A stretch of 46,909 bases of DNA, filler included, from Sphacelaria rigidula (GCA_964200075.2; 2 parts of 2 records of this genome joined end to end with filler, not necessarily neighbours in it); one strand, 5' to 3'. Positions 23,048-34,708 are shown, counted from the first letter of the whole stretch. Numbers and translations: made by a program. Notes: generated from the sequence alone by a model not told the origin.

Positions 23048-23373
23048 TCGTTATTGAGGTTCGACATTTTAATGAGTTTCAACTCGAAAACAATGCTTTC
23101 CCTGACCTAAAGTCATGACCAATGAATTTCACATGAACGACCTCATGCCCTCCGACCTCCTAGGAACTGTTTCGGGGGTTGCCCGTCTTCCGTGCCCCGA
23201 AAACGTATGTTCGAAAGCACCAATATCGGGGCGAAAAAGGGGACGTTTTCAGTCCGAAAAGAAGGTCGGCGGGCATGTGGTCGTCCCTGTGAAATTCATT
23301 GGTCATGACTTCAGGTCAGGGAAAGCACTGTTTTCGAGATGAAACTCATTAAAATGTTGAACCTCAAAAACGA
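23048..23373. mobile_element. MITE-like element with ~113-bp highly similar TIRs
   Basis: TCGTTATTGAGGTTCGACATTTTAATGAGTTTCAACTCGAAAACAATGCTTTCCCTGACCT... pairs with ...AGGTCAGGGAAAGCACTGTTTTCGAGATGAAACTCATTAAAATGTTGAACCTCAAAAACGA. Confidence 0.88.
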
Positions 23374-23407
23374 TCGGGTCTTATATGGTAGCAATACTTA
23401 ACAGCAA

Positions 23408-23507
23408 NNNNNNNNNNNNNNNNNNNNNNNNNNNNNNNNNNNNNNNNNNNNTTAATTAATTAANNNNNNNNNNNNNNNNNNNNNNNNNNNNNNNNNNNNN
23501 NNNNNNN
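23408..23507. other. Artificial scaffolding gap: N44-TTAATTAATTAA-N44
   Basis: Exactly 100 bp with a central six-frame stop linker. This is an assembly construct, so the true distance is unknown. Confidence 0.95.
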
Positions 23508-23522
23508 TAAGATTTGATATTT

Positions 23523-23761
23523 TGGATGGGACATGTGTAACGTAACGTGATGTAACGTGTGATGCTTTGCATGAACCCTAACATTGCGTTTTACTTTCCA
23601 AGTGTGACGAAAACTCTGCTTGTTTTCGTGAATATGTCACGTGTCACGTGTAACGTAAAAAATTCACAAAAATAGCCTTTTTTTCACATCTGGAAAACAC
23701 CAAGAGACACTGCTTCAAGGTCTACATGTTACATCACGTGACGTTGCATTTGTCCCGTCCA
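23523..23761. repeat. Inverted repeat rich in GTCACGT/GTAACGT motifs (transposon-end-like)
   Basis: TGGATGGGACATGTGTAACGTAACGTGATGTAAC pairs with GTTACATCACGTGACGTTGCATTTGTCCCGTCCA. There is an internal hairpin at ~23622-23672, and TGTCACG motifs continue to ~23830. Confidence 0.75.
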
Positions 23762-24267
23762 AAAACTAGCGTTAAATGGCCCAAACTTTCGTTTTTTTTC
23801 GTTTTTTCAGATGTGTCACGTGTGTCACGTATCCCTTCCTGGAAAATACCTCTTTGATTACGTGCCGAACTGTGACTGCCACCGGCATACACCAGCTGTT
23901 GGGAGAACGTGGGGTTGCGTCGCGTGCCGAATGCGCCGCCGGATGGCGTGGTGGTGGTGAGGTGCGCGTAAAGACCTCGTCGCGCAATAAAAAATGCGCC
24001 TCGCCAGTTTTCACCACTTTTACGAGCGCCGAACGGTCTTGCAGGGCGAGAGACTATGCTCTCATGAACTCGCCCCGGTCGGAGAGAGAGGCTGAACGGA
24101 GCCTCAACGCGTGCCACCCTTGAATTTTTTTCCGCCCCGCTTCTGGCTGGCTGGCGTGTTTGGCCACGGCACCGCGCGGCGGCGATACGGAGGCGTTGGC
24201 AGAATGCTGCGCTTTCGTGCGCCCTTGTAATATTGATATTAAATGCTATCTATATTATATTTATATC

Positions 24268-24284
24268 ATATATATATATATATA
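24268..24284. repeat. (AT)n microsatellite
   Basis: Direct reading. Similar tracts at ~14740-14762, ~21823-21843 and 30282-30301. Confidence 0.9.
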
Positions 24285-24870
24285 CAAGGTTCCCCTTCGG
24301 GACGTTGGTACGGGCCTCCCGGGGATTACGCAAGTCGAAATATATGGTAATGAGAGGCTGTTCTATCTCAATCTACAGTAGTAGTGATCGTGGCTATACA
24401 AAGCATCCCGCTTGTTATCAGATGTCGTTCGGAAATATGGGAATTCGGACGGAGGCCGGCGGCGGAACCGCCGGCGTAGGGAATGTGTGATATTCCCGAG
24501 GTGCCAGAGTGCGAAGTAGCTCTCGTGCCAGAAAGACACGACCGCGGGGGGCACATCCCGAAAAATTGGAATGCATGGAACATTCTTGGTATGTTCTTTG
24601 TACATCACTGCGACTTCCACATCACCGGGCCTTTTTTGAAAACAGGGTGATTGTTATGTGCGGCAAAACAGCTGCCGTGCTTCTGTGCCTTATTCAACTC
24701 GCCAACGGCCCGTTACACGGCCTTGTGCTAGCTGCCGACTGAGGCCAAGGCAATGTTCTCTCGTGGTCACGTGACATCGGCGGCCTAATCAGCCGGTGTG
24801 TTCCTGCTCCCAAATGAACGAGAACGCGACAAAGAGAAACACGGGGGGAAAATAACCCGCCAAAAGTAAT

Positions 24871-24972
24871 CCTGTTTGAAGTTTTCCATCATCTTCAACA
24901 GGCTTTTCTTGTGGTTCGGGTTCCTGTTTGAAGTTTTCCGTGATATTGAAGAGACTCTTGTGGTTCGGGATC
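24871..24972. repeat. Two-copy ~51-bp tandem duplication
   Basis: CCTGTTTGAAGTTTTCC...TCTTGTGGTTCGGG occurs twice (24871 and 24923). Confidence 0.8.
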
Positions 24973-25413
24973 GACACCCCGGGAAAAAGGGCCAGTGTGA
25001 GCGACTCTTGGTGGCCAGAACACGCGCCACAGGTATCAGATGACACCCAAACCTGGACGGTAATGCACCGCCGAGCCTGCTCAGTGCGCTGCAAAAGAAA
25101 GCGCCGGAAAAAATGCCTCGCCGCCAGAGAAAACTCGGCAAAAGTGGTGAAAAATGTGAAATGATATATGTACATGTGTATATTTCTTGCTCCGGAAGGT
25201 CCAGGAATATTCAATACATGCTGCTTGTACCCTCTTTCTTCCTGTCTTCGGATACCGAGGAAACCGTGAAGTGATTCCGCCAGTGCACGCACTGTTGTGT
25301 ACCGTCTGTGACTCTAGGGCTCAATATTATGCTCAAAGTTTTTTTCTGTACAACCAATCTCTGAACCCCATCACGCGCACTTGCTTCTTCATGGGCTCTT
25401 TTGCCGTGCACAG

Positions 25414-25547
25414 GTGGCGAGGATGTACTTCCCCCCTCGCCGTCGAAGGAAATCGGGTCTTCAGCAGTGAAGGACAGATCTACACCCAAGGGAGCGGTAG
25501 ATAGAGCTCTGGGGGATGGATCACGGTGGGGTCGGCCTAGGGCTTGA
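25414..25547 (+). CDS. Candidate terminal exon of an unidentified gene
   Basis: Pyrimidine tract plus CACAG acceptor, open frame GEDVLPPSPSKEIGSSAVKDRSTPKGAVDRALGDGSRWGRPRA*, followed by GT-rich UTR-like sequence. No partner exon or homology recognised. Confidence 0.22.
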
Positions 25548-25658
25548 ATATCGGAGAAGATAGCGACTTGAGGAGTCGAGCGGCGAAAGATGGAGCTCTA
25601 CGAAGTAGGTTTAGAATACTGTAAGCTCTGAAAAAATGTTTTCATGTATTCTGCTCGA

Positions 25659-25682
25659 TGTGTGTGTGTGTGTGTATGTGTG
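25659..25682. repeat. (TG)n microsatellite
   Basis: Direct reading. Confidence 0.9.
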
Positions 25683-26579
25683 CAGTGAGTTTACTCAAAC
25701 AGTACGTGAAGAGGGGGGAGGAAAAAATTATCGTTGTTGCAGGCGTCTCTCGGCCTGTTGTGTAGTGGATTAGCTGTGAGGTGCGGGTCCTCCGCATGGT
25801 TCAGACATTTTCGTTTTGTTGTATTTTGCTGTGCCTCGAGCCCAGACAGGATGCGAGGGTGTAACATTATTGGAGACGTTGCAGCGACCGGTTCTCAGAG
25901 GACATGTTCAATCGCTGTCCCCTGTCCGACTTGTAAGGGTATGAGCGAAAAATTGGACAATGCGGTACACCGTATTGGCCTTACTAGCGATTCTATTCGT
26001 GGTTCATGGCACGTTCGTCTCAGTCAACGTGCACTGAAATGATGACTCGGTATAACAGTTTACGCACGAAGCGTTTGTGATAACTAGACTACGCGCTGCT
26101 CTTTTGAACCGATGCTTTTGCACCAACTTCATGGCTTGGTCGACGGTGTTGGGGCTCTTGGTCTCCTCCCCCCCATCCTTTATTGGGAATCCATGTTTTG
26201 TCGCGGAAGGCGGAAGAGGGGGAGGGGAAGAGTACCCAAATTTATCAAAGTAGGAGCGGGTTTGGTGATTGAAGAACGTGAGCGGAGATTTGAGAAGATT
26301 ATAAGTGATGTCTTCCTCTACTCTGCAGACTGAAATGGGGGACCTCGCTCACCGGCGCTAAATAGCTTTGTGATGTGTCATTTCTAGGTCTACACATTTT
26401 TTTACTGTTCGATCATGAAGTTGCAGCAGCAATGGCTTGAACCTAACACACGGGGAGTAAAGGAGGCGGAACGCGCGCGCTGGGGAGGGCAGTTGAGTTC
26501 ATCACAGTTTTTCTTGCTGTTGTTCACGAACAGTGGATACACGTTTTCCCTCTCACCAGCAAGACATTTTTATTTTTGT

Positions 26580-26967
26580 TTCTCGAGATACATATTGCCG
26601 GTTCTGCTCAAGGCATAGCCGATGGCTGCAACCCCATGAGCGCCAGTGGGCCACAGATGCAACCTAGACGAACCAACAGGAATCTGTGGAAAATGACTGG
26701 TTCGATTTCACAAAGGGTATGGCTCAGGGTCGCCAACCACGGGATGAACAGTATGTTTTCACGGGGGGCAGTGGTGGCAAACGGATGCGGGTTGCTCAGC
26801 TGTATCGTCCGGGTTGCCGGCGTTGCAGGTCAGGCACATATATTGTTCCGAAAGGAGGTCTGGCGCCCGAGGGGTTAAGGGAAATGGTGTGTATGTTCCC
26901 CGGAATGGGCGACGACACTTGTCCTTACTCATCATGGGGTCTGCTTGGAGCATATCACCGACAGTAA
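26580..26967 (+). pseudogene. Possible highly degraded non-LTR (LINE) reverse transcriptase fragment
   Basis: NDWFDFTKGMAQG resembles the W-F-x-V-x-x-G-L-R-Q-G region of LINE RT. MVCMFPGMGDDTCPYSSWGL lies where a YADD motif would be expected. In-frame stop upstream. Weak, by-eye similarity only. Confidence 0.3.
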
Positions 26968-27748
26968 GGGAAAGTGCGATGTAGGTTGGGCCATCGGTGG
27001 CTTGCTTGTTTTCAGGGATGTATCATGAGAGGTTAGGAATATTCTCCCAACTGTGCGGCAATGTGGCATCAATGTCTCGGGGGGGGGGGGAAGGGGGTCG
27101 CCGTTTTTCCTTCTTACATCGCTCGAATATTCTGAGAGAAGGCATATACGAGGTTTTAACAAGAGCAATGTAGACGTTTGTGTGATGCTGCGTTGAGTTA
27201 AAAGCGTGTGGTTTCTTTTTTTTTCATGTATACAAATTTGTATTTCTTAGTTGAGTGAAGGAAAGCTGTCGAGAGGCCACAATTTTTAGTTATATTTCCC
27301 ACTTATTTAGTGTTACAGTGTTGTAACTTTTCTCATACCTGTTGAGTGTGCACGTGCACGGTTCGCTGTGTACTCGAGTTGTGCCAGCAGTTTGGTAAAA
27401 CTTTATGTCCATTTGTGTTGAGTGCCCGTCATGTACGTTGGCAGCTCACAAGCGCAGTGGGATGGATGCGTTGTGGGTCCGTGAGGAGCACGAGACGTGT
27501 TTTTTCAAAACCCGAGGGCGTTTGTCTGTGTCTTATATTTCGTTTGTTGTGTATTTGTGGAAGCAGTCTTCATTGCAAAATATGGCGGACGGTTCTGCTC
27601 AGAGCACACGTGGAGAAGTGCCATCTATTTTGTCGACAGGCGGATTCAGTGTTGTGGTGCCGAAGGGGCAAACGGGTGTTGTGTTCGTGTAGTAAACGAA
27701 GTATGTATGCCACCCCCCCCCCCCCCCCCACGCCCCTCAAAGTGGCTA

Positions 27749-27758
27749 NNNNNNNNNN
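27749..27758. other. Assembly gap (10 N) within poly-C/poly-G tracts
   Basis: N run flanked by homopolymers; the flanking sequence is unreliable. Confidence 0.95.
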
Positions 27759-29040
27759 GGGGGGTTTGGTGTGTGGGGGCGGAGGGGGCAGCGGGTGGTT
27801 GGTTTGGGGGGGAAACGAGGGAGGTGTGCCCCCCCCCCCCCCCCTTGTGACGATTCATTCAGTCGAGCGCGTTATGCATAAATGTTCAGGTGAGAAGGAC
27901 AGACGGAGATGGAATCGAGGATGCCTTCATCTAGAGGTCGGGGTAGCTTTCCCAACAGTATCAGCGTAATCGTTTGCAGTTGGCGTTTGTATGTGCCCCC
28001 TGGTAGCTGGCTTGGAGTACGACGAGAGTGTTTCGTGATTGCACGAAGATAACGGCAAGCATCGTCGTATCTTGATGTCACGAGTTGTCTAAAGCGCGGG
28101 TACATTCAACGTTACGCTTCACCGCTGGATCATGGCAATTCTTGCTCATCTGTACTGATCAGTCACCACCACTGCGCAAATACTCGATTATCCGGGGGCT
28201 GGGATCAATTATCTCGCATAGAAGGGAGGAGGAGGGGCATACACTCATACGCGAAAAGTGGACCATAGTCGTCGTAAATACAGGCCACGACTGAAAAAAA
28301 GTGAAAAGAGAGTTGATCGTGCACAAACGATTTGTAGTGCCATGTGGTCGTGGACGTCCTGTTTATGTTTACTACACAGTCTTCTGTTCTCGTTGACAGC
28401 TTGCTACTGTGGCTTCAAGTTTGTTCTTGGGGGGTGCCCTGCCAGTGTACGGATTAAAAAGTTGTGTTGGACAGGAAAATGGGGTGGCACAATGTGCGTG
28501 CCGTCTGCAATTTCGTCTTCCCCCCGCGTTCCGTCCCGCGGTGATACCGTCTCGACCCCCTCATTCCCGGGAGGCCGAGATGGCGAAGAATCAAGTGAGA
28601 TGAAAACTGGGGTGGCCAAACTACGGGAAAGGTCGTCGCTTGATGAATCCCATCATGGAATGATCGATAGAGGGTAACGTGGGCTGGCTCTCCAAGGGTT
28701 GGAAATCTTTGCTCCTCGAAAAAATGGGACCAAAATTATCATCAGTATGGGAGGTGGTCGACTCTTTTCGTGCCAGATGGGACCCGACTGTGCGGATAGA
28801 CGGGGCAGGCTATTAGGGTATGTTGACATGCTGAGCTGAGTGTACGCGTACATTGTACGGGTGTTGAAACTTGAGATGGAATAGTCATCTTAACGTGGTC
28901 ATGTGCTTACTGCGTATCTGTGACGCGGCTCTAGGTGTTCAGTGAGTGGGGCGTGTATTGCTTATATTATGTTATTAATGTGCGAGACGTGAGACAAGAC
29001 TTTTGAGGGGATGCAACACGAAATAATTTGTGCATGTGTG

Positions 29041-29417
29041 CAAGGGCAGGTCGAGTATAGTATGTACTTTTGAAATACTCGGGTAAAATACCCAAGTATT
29101 CACTTTACACATATTTCCAGTAGATTGTGTACGGCCTCAAATACTCCGCTCGAATTTTGGGTAGATTGAGTACGGCCTCATACCCTCCACTCAAATTTTG
29201 GGTAGGTTGAGTACGGCTTCATACCCCCCACAAATTTTGAATAAGTACTCCCAGTAATGCTCGAGTATAGAGTATCACTTGGGTATAACCTCAATACTCT
29301 ATTCAATTTTGGGTAGATCGAGTGCGGCCTCGATAACTATATTCATATCTTGGGTACTAAAGGTATGACTTTTCAAAAATACCGAGTTTTGAGTATACTC
29401 TACTCGATCTGCCCTTG
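29041..29417. mobile_element. hAT-like MITE, family B, with internal ~40-bp tandem repeats
   Basis: TIRs CAAGGGCAGGTCGAGTATAGTAT / ATACTCTACTCGATCTGCCCTTG. 8-bp flanks CATGTGTG / TATGTGCG. Internal GTAGATTGAGTACGGCCTCA...AATTTTGG units x3-4. Confidence 0.85.
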
Positions 29418-29975
29418 TATGTGCGTGTTTCGAAGTCTAAACGTATGCGTCTACTACAACAGCGACGGGCCTACAGCTACACCTATGCCTCTTCGCCCTG
29501 AATATCTCATATTTAAGGATGAAGGTTAGGATCGAGACTCCATCGCGGGGAGCTTTCCCAGTGGTTTAACGGCATACATATGTATCCAAAGCTGACGGGT
29601 GTCCGTAAATATGCCGTAGATTGTAGCCGAAAGCCAGAGGTCGGCCTCGCCCGAAAAACGCGCGGGCGGTGTTGAATGTTGCCTCATGTCACCAGCCGCT
29701 ATTTCAACACGTTGTGACCGTAGTGATGCGTCAACACCAACACCTCAAGCAAGCAGCGGCATGGTACATTTTGCACCCTGCCGCTTTCCCGCCCGACGCC
29801 ACGAATGAAAGCAGAGAGTGACAGCCCACATAGCATGTCACTTTGCAGAACACCCTCGGGAGCTTCATCCTCGGTCATTTGGCGATTCATACTTCCATCA
29901 CACCACTTGCGCTATCCTACCGTATTTATATCCTGTCTTATTCCAGAGTTTTGGTCCTTATCCTGGTGACCGGAG

Positions 29976-30041
29976 TCACATAGCTGCCAAGCTCGCTATT
30001 TTCGCCTTGTGCGCTGACAACTGGCAGTCTTCCTCGGGGAA
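29976..30041 (-). CDS. Plastid-targeted unknown protein, exon 4 (terminal)
   Basis: Acceptor TCTTTTCGTTTTGTTTCGTGCAG, phase 0, FPEEDCQLSAHKAKIASLAAM-TGA. In phase with exon 3. Confidence 0.78.
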   Translation of the reverse strand, partial: FPEEDCQLSAHKAKIASLAAM

Positions 30042-30086
30042 CTGCACGAAACAAAACGAAAAGACATCACGGGAGAACGAGAGACT

Positions 30087-30146
30087 TGAGACCACGGCTG
30101 GACACCTGGGGGGTCAGTTAAAGTGCGACAATCAATCAATCACTCG
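30087..30146 (+). mobile_element. 5'-truncated SINE/LINE 3' end with (CAAT)n tail and ~20-bp TSD
   Basis: TGAGACCACGGCTGGACACCTGGGGGGTCAGTTAAAGTGCGACAATCAATCAATCA flanked by TCACGGGAGAACGAGAGACT (30067-30086) and TCACGGGAGAAACGAGAGACT (30147-30167). Confidence 0.85.
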
Positions 30147-30434
30147 TCACGGGAGAAACGAGAGACTCGTATAAGAAAAACTGCGCAGTCGACTGGTGAA
30201 GCAAAAATACCCCCGAAGACACAAGACAAGGCAAAATGATTGACGGGGAGGAACGACGCGATAACCGGAAGTGACAGGGGAATATATATATATATATATA
30301 TGTATGTGAACAACGTGAATTCTCCGTGGAGCAAAAGTGGCACAGCAGTGCAAGGATATCTGCACACACGAGCAAACGAAAAACAAGGTGGACAAAAAAA
30401 ACAAAACAAAAGAAACAAAAAAGTATCGTCTCAC

Positions 30435-30538
30435 CAGAAAAAGTTTTTGCTCGTCGTTGACGGCCCGCTCCCCGTTGACATCGATGATCGCATCCACCAA
30501 CTTGTTCAGGATATAAAGTTCCCCGGGGTATGGTACGA
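30435..30538 (-). CDS. Plastid-targeted unknown protein, exon 3
   Basis: Acceptor CTTTTCTTTTTGCTCAG, donor GTGAGA. 104 nt, phase 1->0: (V)VPYPGELYILNKLVDAIIDVNGERAVNDEQKLFL. Confidence 0.82.
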
Positions 30539-30859
30539 CTGAGCAAAAAGAAAAGGGTTGGACATGAACGTCATGAACAAGGGCAAGTTCTTGTGGGGTT
30601 ACTACAGTTGTGGTTCGTTCGGCAGAGCGATCGGTGAGACTGCCTGCCGATTCCGTTCCTATTTCCAAAAACGGTTCTGCAATGGTGCACGGATTAAGGG
30701 ACTGCTGCTTCGATGTCGGATATTACAGTGGGAGGTAACGTGTACTGGACGGTACGACGGGTTGATTGCTCCTTCGCGCCCATCATTTCCGAGAGGAGGA
30801 GGGGAAAAAGGGGTTAGACGTACAATGAAAGGAATATAGACTTTGAGTTGATATAACCG

Positions 30860-31112
30860 CACGTAGGACAACTCATGAGCTACTTGAAGATAATTGCTAG
30901 ATGTGTACGGATCCGGACCATGAGCTAGCTCTTTTGGCCCATGCTCCCATACTTGGCCTCCTAACGCACTGGACACCGGGCACGCGGAGTGGCGCACACG
31001 TTGTGCTTCGCCTTCTCTGACCCCGCGGCCACGTACTTTGTGTTTCAGGACCAACGGGTCTGAAAGTCCTCTTGAGTACTCATTTCAGGTAGCTCGTGAG
31101 CTGTCCAATGTG
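30860..31112. mobile_element. Tc1/mariner-type MITE (same family as 46463-46719)
   Basis: TIRs CACGTAGGACAACTCATGAGCTACTTGAA / TTCAGGTAGCTCGTGAGCTGTCCAATGTG. Internal GATCCGGA..ATGAGCTAGCTC shared with the second copy. The TA flanks are decayed (CG/TG). Confidence 0.75.
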
Positions 31113-31114
31113 TG

Positions 31115-31412
31115 CAAGGGTCGGACGAATCAATGATTCGTCTGGAAATTACTTGATTTTAGCGTCATTGATTCGTACCGTACGAATCAATCCTTGGGCT
31201 TTGTTTCCAGCGTTGCGGCCCAGGTACGCGTAGCCCAGGGACGCGCAGCCCAGGCACGTGGAATGACGCAAACATCGCGTGGAGACCTTCCTGACAAGCG
31301 GTCAATATTCTTCTGTTCGTTGGCGGTCAATTTTTTTCTCCTTGTTGAGAAGTCAGGCATGAAAAATCGTGTATTTGGTGATTCGGACCGGCGATGATTC
31401 GTCCGAGCAGTG
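31115..31412 (+). mobile_element. hAT-like MITE, family A
   Basis: TIRs CAAGGGTCGGACGAATCA / TGATTCGTCCGAGCAGTG. Perfect 8-bp TSD AATGTGTG (31107-31114, 31413-31420). Confidence 0.9.
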
Positions 31413-32010
31413 AATGTGTGAAGCAGTCAGAGGCTTCCGGGACAGCAACGTGCGACTGCCCGACAAATTCGCGACATGCTGAGTAGGAAGATCGCGGCAG
31501 CTCATGCTAAGTGAACGGTGATGGACTCACCGGAGGTACGGATCGTAGTACAACCGATGATGACCTTTCCCACGTGCGATCTTTCGAAAAGCAAAAAGGC
31601 CCTGCCTTAGCCGAGATATGCACTGATGACAAAAAATCTACGGAGTGATGTGTCTGCCAAGGGTAAAAATTGTGAGCGGCGTGTCCGTGGCTGTCGCAGT
31701 TGTCGGGAGGATTTGACGTGAAAGATTTCGGATTACTCACGGGTGTTTGTTTTACGCCGCCATGTTCACTATAGAACGCGGCCGACGGGAAGCAAGCTAC
31801 GGGGCAATCATCCACGACAAACAAGGCAAACCGCCACAAACGAGCAATGAACGGCCGGTCCTGTGGCAGGATATTAGCAACAATCGCCAAGAACTGTCAC
31901 GAGCGTCGATGAAATGTGATGAAATATGATAAATCTTGAAAAAAAGAGCAATAGGAGAGAAAAAATGTATCATACCTTCGATGAATAATATGGACACAAC
32001 TACCGCTCAC

Positions 32011-32185
32011 CCTCTTTGGGGTCAATTCGGTCCACCCGGAAGAAGGGTTGGGGGTCCGTGCCCCAGTAAAGATCCAATACCCCTTGCCACTCGGTGGCCG
32101 ACGCATCATCTCCGATCAGGACTCGAATGCCTTGAGGAGTATCTCGTACCTGGAAAGGCACATCGTTGTCCGCCGCTCTTCCTTG
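32011..32185 (-). CDS. Plastid-targeted unknown protein, exon 2
   Basis: Acceptor AATTCCACAG, donor GTGAGC. 175 nt, phase 0->1: QGRAADNDVPFQVRDTPQGIRVLIGDDASATEWQGVLDLYWGTDPQPFFRVDRIDPKE. Confidence 0.82.
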
Positions 32186-32403
32186 CTGTGGAATTACATT
32201 TTGGTGCGCAAAGAAAGCAATGTGGCCCAAGGAATGGAACGGAAGCCACCAGCATGATTAGTCAAACTTGTAGATCAGTGTAAGATGCTTCGCTGATGAT
32301 GATCTCTTGCCTGTAGCAAACAACTCCGACTTTTATAGGGATGTCTCTTCTCTGAAATGATGGTGCCAGTAAACTCCAAGATTTCTCTCGTGTTAGAAGA
32401 TAT

Positions 32404-32609
32404 CAAGGGAAGGTCGAGTAGAGTATACTCAATTGAGGGGTATTTTGAAAGTCGTACTTAAAGTACACCAATTAGGGGCAGAGTTTTAGGGATCGCTTTT
32501 CCAGTTATATTTTGGGTACGAATCCCAACACTCCACCCTAGTTTCAGTACCCCAAGTACGTCTTTCAAAATACCCCGCAATTAAGTATACTCTACTCGAC
32601 CTACCCTTG
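32404..32609. mobile_element. hAT-like MITE, family B (short copy, ~56-bp TIRs)
   Basis: CAAGGGAAGGTCGAGTAGAGTATACTCAATTG... / ...CAATTAAGTATACTCTACTCGACCTACCCTTG. TSD GAAGATAT / GAAGATTT. Confidence 0.9.
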
Positions 32610-32808
32610 GAAGATTTTCATCATAAGACGTTTCGCAAGCAATGATGAAGGGGCGTGTACGCAGTGGAGTGGGCTATCATCGTTTTCGAGAAAATTGAAG
32701 GATTATCCAATGGGAGGGGAGGGTGTTCGGACTGACCGGCGGTAGGCCGAGCGCCGAGTGATGCAGCTATACGCATTACGATGGTGGTGGATGATTGTGG
32801 AAAAGTGG

Positions 32809-33025
32809 CATGGGTGGGACGAATCATCGCTGGTTCGAATAACCAACCCTACGATTTCCGAGGCCTGGTTGCTTGAAAGAGGAAAAAAAGTTGACCGCGG
32901 GTCGAAAACGCCGTTAATCAGAGGTGGAATGCTGAAAACAAAATCCAACGGTTGATTCGTACGGTATAAATCAATTACGCTATAAACGAAAGAGAAAACA
33001 CGAACGAATGTTCGTCTGAACGTTG
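32809..33025 (-). mobile_element. hAT-like MITE, family A (diverged, inverted)
   Basis: CATGGGTGGGACGAATCATCGCTGG...TGATTCGTACGGTA...TTCGTCTGAACGTTG. Flanks AAAAGTGG / GGAAGTTG. Confidence 0.7.
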
Positions 33026-34708
33026 GGAAGTTGACACCAACAGATGCAACAAGGGATGTGAATGATCCACGAACATCACATACTACAAGGAGCACCGTAC
33101 TGTTCGAATAAAAATGAAAATTGACATAGGGAACAGAAGACAAACCGAGCACGTAGAGGTCGATCGTGGAGACGGAAGATGGGCTTTTGCCTTTGCCCCA
33201 GTCTCACCTTTCGATTCAGTTGCGACCATACAGACTGGGAAAACAAACCAACAAGCAAAAAATACGTCCAAGGATACACCACCATCATGTGTTACAAGGC
33301 AAAAGTTCAAATGCGAGGGTGTGTTCAGTGGGGTATTTACAATAAAACATTTCGATGATTAAAAAAAAAAACTAGTTTATCCACATATTAGATAAAGTAT
33401 TGCGACCGTACCTAACCTCACCCAAGAAATTGGGAGAATTTGGAAATGGGGCCACCGTGGGACAAAATTTGGCAGAGTATATACCCGGGTGTTTTACCGT
33501 ACTCCAACACACCCTTGAAAGTCCGCGGCATGCCGTACAGAGGAACATGTGTTGTTAGCACCTGCAAAAGTCGGAGCAACGCAGACTGTCGCAAACCAGC
33601 AAGCATGGCAGCTGAAGGAGTAAACAACTCCTTCTTACCAAAAGAGAAGAAAAACAATCCGTGAAAATCAAAGGAGATACGTACTGTACGTCGGAGACCA
33701 ACACCAATTCTATAGGGTTTAGTTAGCGTGTACGAGAACACACTTGACAACGCACCACGTAGCTGCCAAATGCTCGATGTAGCAACGCAAGATGTACCAA
33801 CACAACCATATCTGTCTCTGATTAGGACAAGTTCATCGCTGCGTATTCACGCGCGATGCTCGAATGTGACAACTTGTGCTTATCTTGCTCAGTTGGCTGT
33901 GAAGAGGGGGAACGTCCCTGACGCAGGAAAAAAATACGACTACACCCGCACGCGCCGCCTTCAGCAAGTACACCCCCCACCAAATATGCCACGCCGTTCG
34001 GCTGTTAAACAACGGCAGTGTGTGTTTATCACATACATAGAGTACTTGTAGCGCGATAGCGACTACAGTACTGTATTGTTGAACATTTATTGTCCTGGGA
34101 CGGTCATATCGCTCGCTGGCTGCGGCTTATTCGTGGCAACAATGTTTTCCATGGAGGCGTTCTTCTCACCATCAAAAACTACCATTCCGAACTCCCGGCG
34201 AAAAAGGACACAAGAAACGACCAACCAGGATATGGGCGTCTCAAGACTTGGCAGATGTTGGTCTTCTGAGTGGTTGAAAGCGTGCCATAATCGGTGGTAC
34301 AATATGACGATGCGACGGGCGACTCGACAGACACATGGCGAGCAGGGTCACCTTCAGCAAATCGAGCGAGCTGAGACCAGGACGGCACAAACGCGATACC
34401 AACAAGAACCCGTACGTGACAGGAAGCGCGCAGCTATCGCCAGACATGGGTCACGCCTTGAGGCGACGCTATCTAGTTATCCCGGCTTCAAATGCAGATC
34501 AGATCAGAGCAAAATGGACAGCTCAACCAAACTTCACGATTTGAGCTTGCAGGGGCCGACGGAGGGGTAAACGGCCCTTATATTTATGACCATGATAATG
34601 GACGATACCACGCGGATCGTTCGCCCATCGGCTGTTTTTTTTTGGGGTCACCGAGATACTGCGTGTGCGTATTGCAATGTTTCACCTGCACCACCTTGTC
34701 TGGCTTAC

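Noticed and set aside
20815-23082. Ile/Tyr-rich ORFs over the array
   Set aside because: They are translations of ATAT-rich boxes on both strands, and the 43-bp period does not preserve frame.
27346-27969. Pro/Gly-rich ORFs across poly-C/G tracts (also 39001-39291)
   Set aside because: They span N gaps and homopolymer runs; low-quality, low-complexity sequence.
33208-33234. 27-nt minus-strand candidate mini-exon (SVWSQLNRK) with good splice signals in intron 1 of the plastid-protein gene
   Set aside because: Phase-compatible but not required, since exon 1 joins exon 2 in frame. It cannot be supported without transcripts.
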